Shown here: piece by piece, positions 17,631-24,000 of the stretch
How the letters are laid out: every line of letters begins with the position of its first letter
How positions within the stretch are numbered: position 1 is the stretch's first letter
Assembly: GCA_030532705.1 (NCBI GenBank)
Contig: JAUNKR010000014.1
Location: 19,681 to 43,680, forward strand
Length of the DNA: 24,000 nucleotides
Origin: Peptostreptococcaceae bacterium
GTDB taxonomy: Bacteria > Bacillota > Clostridia > Peptostreptococcales > Filifactoraceae
Direction: 5' to 3'
Notes under the pieces: generated by a model
Databases searched by the model: none
Seen by the model: only the letters and a program-made list of their open reading frames with translations
Told to the model about the DNA's origin: nothing
Made by a program: the position numbers and the translations under genes

Positions 17631-18236
17631 CTATTTCCCATGTTCATCGATGCGCGTATTTGCATCATTTTGAATAAATGGGTTCGGATAATTGATAACG
17701 AGTATTCGTACCTTCTTATTGGTGTTATTTTCCCAATTATGCGGTGTCTTCGAATCTAAATAGGCGGTATCTTCCGGATACATCTCATAAACTTTGTTTT
17801 TATAGTTCAATGTCAAAACACCTTCCAGGACATAGATGAATTCTACTCCTTCATGAACATAGGTTTTGACATGGTCATTATCTGATGATGGCCACAATTC
17901 GTAGATTCGAGGCAAAAACTTTGCATCTTCAAGATCTTTTGCTAAATAAAATTGGACATACTTCGTATTGACAGACCCAACCTGCCGATCATAGCTGCGA
18001 ATGACCGGCTCTTCATCATAAACTGATTTTTTGGGCATATTAAAAAAACTGTCCATATCCATGTCTAAGATTTTTGCAATGTTTTGAAGTGAATCGATCG
18101 CGATCGATGTCATTCCACGCTCAAATTGTGATAAAAAACCTGTCGAAAGACCGGTGCGCTCACTCAGCTCTTTGAGTGTGATCTTTTGTTCCTTCCGTCT
18201 ATTTTGTACCCTGCTACCAATATCCAAATTGTTCAT
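17631..18236 (-). CDS. XRE-family HTH transcriptional regulator with a C-terminal cupin domain
   Basis: 201 aa. The N-terminal HTH_3 pattern is IGSRVQNRRKEQKITLKELSERTGLSTGFLSQFERG. The C-terminal cupin-like strands read HEGVEFIYVLEGVLTL...PHNWEN. Only 37 nt separate it from proC, with no terminator in between. Confidence 0.85.
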   Translation of the reverse strand: MNNLDIGSRVQNRRKEQKITLKELSERTGLSTGFLSQFERGMTSIAIDSLQNIAKILDMDMDSFFNMPKKSVYDEEPVIRSYDRQVGSVNTKYVQFYLAKDLEDAKFLPRIYELWPSSDNDHVKTYVHEGVEFIYVLEGVLTLNYKNKVYEMYPEDTAYLDSKTPHNWENNTNKKVRILVINYPNPFIQNDANTRIDEHGK

Positions 18237-18273
18237 ATTTAACCTATTTCTTTTCTAAATTTGCAGTAAAGAC

Positions 18274-19071
18274 CTACATCTTTCCTGATTTATCATATAC
18301 GGCATTCATCGCTTGGATCACAGCCGAGCGCATACCTTTTTCTTCCAATACTGCCACTCCTTCGATCGTTGTCCCTCCCGGTGAGCAAACCATATCTTTC
18401 AGGTCTCCGGGGTGCTTCTTCGTCTCCAGAACCATTTTTGCACTTCCGAGCACGGCTTGTGCCGCAAATCGATATGCCTTATCACGAGCCATCCCTTGGA
18501 GAACTGCCGCATCCGCCATCGCTTCGATAAACATAAATACATATGCCGGTGAAGATCCTGAAACAGCAACGACTGAATCAAAAAGTTTCTCATCGATACG
18601 CTCTACGATACCAAAAGTACCAATGATCGCTTCCAATGCCTCTTGGTCTTCTGGTGTAATATTTTTATTCGGGCAGATCGCTGTGACCCCTTCGCCCACC
18701 ATTGCCGGAGTATTCGGCATCGTTCTAAGTATTTTTGTGCTTTTTCCAAGACCATTCTCAAGATAATCTAAAGTCTTGCCGGGAGCGATCGATACAAAGA
18801 TCTTTCCCTCTCCCAAAGGCGCGACTTCCTGCATCACGGAATCATACATATTCGGTTTGACTGCAAGAAATATCACGTCACTTGACTTCACGACTTCTTT
18901 GTTATCCAACGTCGTATGGATCCCCAAACGTGTCTTTACATCATCCAAGCTCGGTTGATATCCATCGCTTGCAAAAATATTCTTCGGATCGACAAGCTCC
19001 GCTTTGATAATGCTTACTATCATCGCTTTCGCCATATTTCCACAGCCGATAAATCCAATTTTTTTGTTCAT
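18274..19071 (-). CDS. proC: Pyrroline-5-carboxylate reductase
   Basis: It has the NAD(P)-binding N-terminus MNKKIGFIGCGNMAKAMI, LAVKP, RTMPNTPAMVGEG, and the C-terminal dimerisation motif VCSPGGTTIEGV. The ORF-track start at 19101 is a TTG. The ATG at 19071 has a GAGGTG SD 6 nt upstream. Confidence 0.9.
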   Translation of the reverse strand: MNKKIGFIGCGNMAKAMIVSIIKAELVDPKNIFASDGYQPSLDDVKTRLGIHTTLDNKEVVKSSDVIFLAVKPNMYDSVMQEVAPLGEGKIFVSIAPGKTLDYLENGLGKSTKILRTMPNTPAMVGEGVTAICPNKNITPEDQEALEAIIGTFGIVERIDEKLFDSVVAVSGSSPAYVFMFIEAMADAAVLQGMARDKAYRFAAQAVLGSAKMVLETKKHPGDLKDMVCSPGGTTIEGVAVLEEKGMRSAVIQAMNAVYDKSGKM

Positions 19072-19099
19072 TTTTTTCACCTCATCATTATATTTTATC

Positions 19100-19131
19100 A
19101 AAAAACTTCAAGGCGTGCTAGTAGCACGCCT
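19100..19131 (-). terminator. Strong hairpin with an offset T-run between hypD and proC (partial terminator, attenuator or processing site)
   Basis: On the minus strand: AGGCGTGCT-ACT-AGCACGCCT (9-bp perfect GC-rich stem), followed by TGAAGTTTTTTG. It sits in the 66-nt gap between the hypD stop (19138) and the proC ATG (19071). Confidence 0.45.
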
Positions 19132-19137
19132 AAAATA

Positions 19138-21513
19138 CTAATTAAAACTTTGTTCTGTTCTTCCGATGATCTCATCTTGCAATGCTTTGCTCAAGTTATG
19201 GAAATGATCGGAATAACCTGCAACACGTACGATCAGATCTTTGTAATTTTCAGGATGTTTCTGTGCGTCGATCAAGATCTCACGATCGATCACATTGAAC
19301 TGGATATGATGGCCATCCATATTAAAGTAAGCACGAACCAGATTTGCCATATGCTCCAATCCCAGATCGCCCTCTACAACAGATGGTGTGAATTTTTGAT
19401 TTAGGAGCGTTCCGCCTGTTGCCAAGTGGTCCATCTTCGAGCATGATTTGATAACTGCCGTCGGTCCTTTCACGTCTGCACCTTTTTCCGGAGAGATCCC
19501 CTCGGAAACCGGTAGATGTGCCTTTCGTCCATTCGGACTTGCCATCATCACTTCACCGAAATAAACATGGCAGGTCGTCGGCAACATATTGATCCCGTAT
19601 TTTCCGCCTTTAACATTCGGTCTTCCCACGACCATTCCACGATACAGGTCAAATACCGATTTCATGATATCATCTGCATAGTCATCGTCATTACCATACT
19701 TTGGTGTCTTATTGGTAACAAGATGGTGGATCTCCTCGTAACCTTCGAAGTTCGCATCCAACGCCTTTTGCAATTCTTCCATCGAAAATTTCTTGTTGTC
19801 GAAGACATTGTATTTGATCGCTGCCAATGAATCCGTGATCGTTCCGATCCCTACACCTTGAATGTAGTTTGTGTTATATTTTGCCCCACCCGCATTGTAA
19901 TCTTTTCCGGATGTGATACATCCATTTGTTACAAGAGAAAGGAATGGCACCGGCATATACTCTGCATAGATCTTTTCGATAATATTATTTCCTTCGATCT
20001 TAATATTTACAAAATACTCTACCTGCTTTTTATATGCTTCAAAGAATTCACCATATGTTTTAAAATCTTTTGCCTCTCCGGTCTTTGGTCCCAACTGTTG
20101 ATTGGATACTTTGTCAAATCCATTGTATAATGTCAATTCAACGATCTTAGGAAGATTCAGATATCCTGTTAAAATATAGGCTTCATTTCCAAACGCACCG
20201 GTCTCTACGCAGCCGCTTGTTCCGCCTCGTCTTGCGTCTTCCAATGTTTTTCCGGCATTCAGAAGCTCTTGAACGATCGCTTCTGTATTATAGAATGCAG
20301 GCTGTCCCCAACCTCTTCTTGAGATCTCGCATGCTCTCTTCAGGAACTTGTGCGGTGTCTTTCGGCTGATCTGAACATTCGAGCTCGGCTGAAGCAGTCT
20401 CATCTCATCCATACAGTCAAGGATCAGATAGCTGACCTCATTAACACCATCGCTTCCGTCCGGAGCGATACCGCCGGTGTTGATATTGGCAAAGTCCGTA
20501 TAAGTTGAACTTTCTTTCAATGTGATACCCACCTTTGGCGGTGCCGGCTGATTGTTGAATTTGACCCATAGGCATTCAAGAAGTTCCAACGCCTTAGTAT
20601 CATCCAAAATACCATTTGCCGTGTCATTCTTATAGAATGGATATAGATGCTGATCCAATCTTCCCGGGCTAAATGCATCCCATGGGTTCAGCTCTGTTGT
20701 TACTCCGATATGAACAAACCAGTACATCTGAAGTGCTTGGTAATATGTCTTAGGAGCATGTGCAGGTACGACGCGGCAGTTTTCCGCGATCTGAAGAAGC
20801 TCCGCTTTTCTAGCCGGATCACTTTCTTTCGCTGCAAGCTCTTCTGCGTATTTTGCATATCTTTCCGCATAGATAATGATCGCATCACAGCAGATCTTCA
20901 TCGCTTCAAGCTCTTGCTTTTTACTTAGCGCTTCTTTATCATTTACAAAATCCAATGCATCGATCTGAGATTGAACTTCCGCTTTTAGATCCAAAAAGCC
21001 TTTCTTATAAAAAACTTCTCCACCGACAGTATGTCCGGGACCTCTTTGCTCCATAAACTCTGTAAAAATTCCCGCGCCATAGCATTTTTTCCACTCTTCG
21101 CCAAGATTGTTCAACATTTTGTTTCGAAGTGCCCGCTTTTCCCAATATGGAATGATCTCTTCTTCCTGGATCTTTCGGTCATTATCATTCACCTTGAAGA
21201 AAATGATGTCTCTGGAATCCATAACATTCATATCCTCTAATGTGTGACAGCAAAGCTCAGGGAATGTAGGAGCCGCTTGAGGAGAGTCCCCTTTTTCACC
21301 CACGATCAGTTCATGGTCATTGATACACAGACTTCGATTTTCCATAAAATGCTTGAACGCAAGCGCTCTCATCTCCGGAATAGAAACTGTACCCTCGTAC
21401 ATTTTGTAAGCATCCGTGATCAATTTTGCACGCTCGATGTAAATATGCGGAACGGCTTCAACACTTTGCTTTCTAAGCGTTTTAATTCTTTCGTTCATTC
21501 CTCTGTTTTCCAT
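19138..21513 (-). CDS. hypD: Glycyl radical enzyme, trans-4-hydroxy-L-proline dehydratase
   Basis: It has the C-terminal glycyl radical motif LIVRVAGYSDHFHNLSKALQDEIIGRTEQSF and the Cys loop GGTSGCVETGAFG. Long stretches match C. difficile HypD as I recall it (VGITLKESSTYTDFANINTGGI, KTPKYGNDDDYAD). It is flanked by a GRE activase and proC, which is the diagnostic context. I use the ATG at 21513, which has GGAGG 5 nt upstream; the track start at 21525 is a TTG. Confidence 0.9.
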   Translation of the reverse strand: MENRGMNERIKTLRKQSVEAVPHIYIERAKLITDAYKMYEGTVSIPEMRALAFKHFMENRSLCINDHELIVGEKGDSPQAAPTFPELCCHTLEDMNVMDSRDIIFFKVNDNDRKIQEEEIIPYWEKRALRNKMLNNLGEEWKKCYGAGIFTEFMEQRGPGHTVGGEVFYKKGFLDLKAEVQSQIDALDFVNDKEALSKKQELEAMKICCDAIIIYAERYAKYAEELAAKESDPARKAELLQIAENCRVVPAHAPKTYYQALQMYWFVHIGVTTELNPWDAFSPGRLDQHLYPFYKNDTANGILDDTKALELLECLWVKFNNQPAPPKVGITLKESSTYTDFANINTGGIAPDGSDGVNEVSYLILDCMDEMRLLQPSSNVQISRKTPHKFLKRACEISRRGWGQPAFYNTEAIVQELLNAGKTLEDARRGGTSGCVETGAFGNEAYILTGYLNLPKIVELTLYNGFDKVSNQQLGPKTGEAKDFKTYGEFFEAYKKQVEYFVNIKIEGNNIIEKIYAEYMPVPFLSLVTNGCITSGKDYNAGGAKYNTNYIQGVGIGTITDSLAAIKYNVFDNKKFSMEELQKALDANFEGYEEIHHLVTNKTPKYGNDDDYADDIMKSVFDLYRGMVVGRPNVKGGKYGINMLPTTCHVYFGEVMMASPNGRKAHLPVSEGISPEKGADVKGPTAVIKSCSKMDHLATGGTLLNQKFTPSVVEGDLGLEHMANLVRAYFNMDGHHIQFNVIDREILIDAQKHPENYKDLIVRVAGYSDHFHNLSKALQDEIIGRTEQSFN

Positions 21514-21514
21514 T

Positions 21515-22417
21515 TTAACCTCCAATTTTTACAGGTATATTTTTCCGTTCAAAAATATTTTTAAGCTCCAACATGCGTTCTTCGCTTGGAGCAGAAAAAT
21601 CTGTTCCTTCATACACCATATCGATGCGATCATATTTCCCTTGACCGATCGCATGATACGGTAGTAAACTCACCATTGTGATATTCAGATCTTTAACAAG
21701 ATCGGCAATACCGCTGATATTCTCATCATCGCTGTTGACCCCTTCGATCACAGGGATTCGAACATGGATCTTTGCATTCTTTTCATTTAGTTTTTTCAGA
21801 TTATCCAAAATAAGTACATTATCCTTGCCGGTCAATGATCGATGTTTCTCCGGATCAATATGTTTGATATCATATAAAAAAGTATCTACATAAGGCAACA
21901 GTTTTTCAAAGCGTTCAAAACTCGAATATCCACAGGTATCGATATTCACATTATATCCCATGCGATCACATCTTTTTAGGATCTGCAGAATAAAATTGAT
22001 ATCCTGCGTCATCACCTCACCACCGGACAGAGTCACTCCACCCTTGGATTGTTCATAGAACATTTTATCTTTTTCGATCTCTTTCATGACCTCATCCACA
22101 GAATATAGCTTGCCTGCCTTTTCTCTTGCACCATAGATGCAAAAATCAACACAGGTAGCACAAGCATCACATTTATCTCGAGGAACAGGATAGAATCCAT
22201 CCTTCTCAATAATGCCTTGTTGTGGACATTTCATTACACAGCGCATACAAGCAGCACATTTTTCTTTGTTGTACATGATCTCTGCCTGATAAGATTGACT
22301 TTCAGGATTATGACACCATTTGCATTCAAGTGGACAGCCTTTGAAAAATATCGTCGTACGTATGCCATCTCCATTATGTATTGAATATTTTTGTATATCT
22401 AACAACAAATGTTCCAT
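21515..22417 (-). CDS. Glycyl radical enzyme activating enzyme (radical SAM) for HypD
   Basis: 300 aa. It has the N-terminal motif GCPLECKWCHNPES (CX3CX2C) and two ferredoxin-like Cys clusters, CAACMRCVMKCP and CDACATCVDFC. Its stop lies 1 nt before the hypD ATG. Confidence 0.92.
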   Translation of the reverse strand: MEHLLLDIQKYSIHNGDGIRTTIFFKGCPLECKWCHNPESQSYQAEIMYNKEKCAACMRCVMKCPQQGIIEKDGFYPVPRDKCDACATCVDFCIYGAREKAGKLYSVDEVMKEIEKDKMFYEQSKGGVTLSGGEVMTQDINFILQILKRCDRMGYNVNIDTCGYSSFERFEKLLPYVDTFLYDIKHIDPEKHRSLTGKDNVLILDNLKKLNEKNAKIHVRIPVIEGVNSDDENISGIADLVKDLNITMVSLLPYHAIGQGKYDRIDMVYEGTDFSAPSEERMLELKNIFERKNIPVKIGG

Positions 22418-22597
22418 CGTACTCCCTCTATCATATAATTCTGATCTGCTATCTGATCAAAGGTTCGATAATATCGCTTTAGCTCCCCTGTTTGATATAA
22501 ACTTATATTTCTACTCCGTCATTTGACCGAGCTTCGATAGCCAGATACTCCTAAACGTTTTGACGAACTAAGCTGTTCTTTTATCATGAGATGATAT

Positions 22598-22879
22598 CTA
22601 TTCGTATCTACAAATATAAATCGTATCCTCTTTTACTATTACATCAAAGCTCTGATTTGCTTCTACCACAAAGCTTCCATGATTTGAGATCGATTTAAAC
22701 GCTGTTTCTCCGGGAAGTTTCACATCCATCTCCCCGCTTGCCACAAACATAAATTCCTTCTTTGAGGTCGAAAATTGATATTCGCCTGCCTTCATTACAC
22801 CCACTGTCTGTTCCCCATCTGAGTTTTGAACAGCTATCGATTTTACATTTCCTGAAAAATATTCATTGACCTTAATCAT
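22598..22879 (-). CDS. ppnP: Pyrimidine/purine nucleoside phosphorylase PpnP (YaiE/DUF1255 family)
   Basis: 93 aa. NEYFSGNVKSI...GVMKAGEYQFST...GEMDV.LPG...YICRY is colinear with the E. coli YaiE/PpnP pattern. An AGGAGG SD sits 4 nt upstream. Confidence 0.85.
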   Translation of the reverse strand: MIKVNEYFSGNVKSIAVQNSDGEQTVGVMKAGEYQFSTSKKEFMFVASGEMDVKLPGETAFKSISNHGSFVVEANQSFDVIVKEDTIYICRYE

Positions 22880-22927
22880 ACTACCTCCTATTTTTCATTA
22901 TAGTGAATTTGATTTCTTTATATGACT

Positions 22928-22956
22928 ATGATATTTCATTTCAATGAATATGTCAA
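22928..22956 (-). promoter_or_regulatory. Promoter candidate for ppnP
   Basis: On the minus strand: perfect -35 TTGACA (22956-22951), a 17-nt spacer, then -10 TATCAT (22933-22928). Confidence 0.45.
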
Positions 22957-23408
22957 GAGCATATCAATATAATTACCACAAATCAACTTATATCTTTTGT
23001 TTTTGTACATAACTTATTTTATCATATTCCAATAATGATATATTTTCTTTCTATACTTGGTTTTGTGAAACATATTTAAGATAGGGCAAATCCATCCGAT
23101 CCTATTTCACTTTGCTCCATAAGGCAATTCTTTTCAGAATATCCCTTTCTTTTGATCTTAGTCATTAAACTCCAAGATCCATCGGATGCTTCTTCCGGCG
23201 ATCTAATAAAAATCCTCCCCTCTGATACCGCCTGAAAAAACCGCTTCTCCGTCGAATCATCTAACAACTCGCCTGTTCACAAAAAACGAATGACCCTTGA
23301 CCCTGATTATGAAATTCAATGGCTAATCCAATATACAAAGCTCCTTAACTCAATGTATAGAAAATACAGGGTTAATTTATCCTATCTCCTGATCTCTTAT
23401 GTTTTAAC

Positions 23409-23437
23409 TTGCCGTATCAAACCCGCAATGATAAAAT
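23409..23437 (+). promoter_or_regulatory. Promoter candidate for the signal peptidase gene
   Basis: -35 TTGCCG (23409-23414), a 17-nt spacer, then an extended -10 TGaTAAAAT (23429-23437). It lies about 30 nt upstream of the GGGAGG SD. Confidence 0.45.
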
Positions 23438-23469
23438 ATAAGAAAGAAGTAAACAAATAGGGAGGCATT

Positions 23470-24000
23470 ATGAACGAAAAGGACCAAAATACTTTTCTTA
23501 TTTTTTTGTTACGCCTTGCGATCGTTGTCGTCATCATCGGATTGATCAAATCTGCTTTTATTGAAAATGTTTCTGTACTTCAAACCAGTATGAACGATAC
23601 ATTGTATGAGGGCGATCTTTTATTGGTCAATAAGCTGGCAAAAAACAAATTGGAAAGAGGCGATATCATTATTTTTCGAAATCCTGAAAAAAGAGACCCC
23701 GATGATTACGAATATTTTACCAAGCGGGTGATCGGTATGGAAAATGATGTGGTGAAAATAGAGAACGGAAAAGTGATCGTCAATGGAGAAACTCTGGTAG
23801 AAAACTATGTGACCCCTAGCAATAATCAAATCAATGTAGCTGGAGAATGGACAGTCCAAGACAATTATCTTTTTGTACTTGGCGATAACCGCGACAGTTC
23901 TTTGGATAGTCGCAAGTTCGGAACCATTCCGCAAGCCTATGTGCTAGGTAAAGTATTTTTGCGGATCTACCCTTTCGAAAGTTTTGGTAAAGTGGAATAA
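23470..24000 (+). CDS. lepB: Signal peptidase I
   Basis: 176 aa. It has an N-terminal TM anchor, the catalytic Ser box QTSMNDTL, the Lys box TKRVIGMENDVV, and the conserved box GDNRDSSLDSR. The TAA stop falls exactly at the window end. Confidence 0.92.
   Translation: MNEKDQNTFLIFLLRLAIVVVIIGLIKSAFIENVSVLQTSMNDTLYEGDLLLVNKLAKNKLERGDIIIFRNPEKRDPDDYEYFTKRVIGMENDVVKIENGKVIVNGETLVENYVTPSNNQINVAGEWTVQDNYLFVLGDNRDSSLDSRKFGTIPQAYVLGKVFLRIYPFESFGKVE

Noticed and set aside
22565-22578. GAAC-N6-GTTC, which resembles a Firmicutes LexA (Cheo) box, just downstream of ppnP.
   Set aside because: The Cheo box requires a 4-nt spacer, whereas this one has 6 nt. The flanking bases also do not match CGAAC/GTTCG on both sides.
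22598-22879. ppnP has only 1 GATC in 282 nt versus about 4-5 expected at the local density. This could indicate horizontal acquisition.
   Set aside because: The gene is too short for significance (Poisson probability roughly 0.06). No flanking mobility genes or repeats are present.
23076-23267. A 63-aa ORF in the 590-nt ppnP-lepB intergenic region.
   Set aside because: It starts at a TTG immediately after an in-frame TGA, has no convincing SD, and shows no recognisable family motifs. Its slightly raised GATC density hints at a decayed gene remnant, but I cannot support a call.
1-24000. A search for CRISPR arrays, tRNA/rRNA genes, IS elements, integrases, phage genes, toxin-antitoxin pairs and known defence-system signatures.
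   Set aside because: I saw no direct-repeat/spacer arrays, no cloverleaf-like or rRNA-like segments, and no transposase, recombinase or nuclease-type ORFs. Every ORF above 150 aa is accounted for by the listed genes.

Overview
This window looks like low-GC Firmicutes (Clostridia-like) chromosome. I support 19 protein-coding genes. I found no rRNA, tRNA, CRISPR array, transposase or integrase.

Gene content, left to right:
- 1-8127, minus strand: one tightly packed operon that runs off the left edge. It encodes two GNAT/FemAB-fold acyltransferases, three paralogous cobalamin-binding (class B) radical SAM enzymes, a membrane-anchored metallophosphoesterase and a class I SAM methyltransferase. 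I cannot assign this gene combination to any characterised pathway. It is the best candidate for an undescribed biosynthetic system.
- 8447-10472, minus strand: the conserved but functionally unresolved pair of a putative DNA modification/repair radical SAM protein and its DUF4130-like partner. The two genes overlap by 20 nt.
- 10727-11764: an HD-domain phosphohydrolase and a flavodoxin-like protein, convergent on a shared terminator.
- 12133-15380, plus strand: a ribbon-helix-helix protein that appears co-transcribed with clpB.
- 15441-17493, minus strand: an LCP (LytR-CpsA-Psr) protein and a lipoprotein.
- 17631-22417, minus strand: a complete trans-4-hydroxy-L-proline dehydratase locus (activase, glycyl radical enzyme HypD, proC and an XRE-cupin regulator).
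- 22598-24000: ppnP and signal peptidase I.

A window-wide compositional oddity is a roughly 4-fold or greater excess of the palindrome GATC inside coding regions, while the AT-rich promoter regions lack it.

Several ORF-track starts are GTG or TTG codons. I moved these to downstream ATG codons that have good Shine-Dalgarno (SD) sequences. All functional calls rest on motif and sequence-family recognition by eye. No database search was run.
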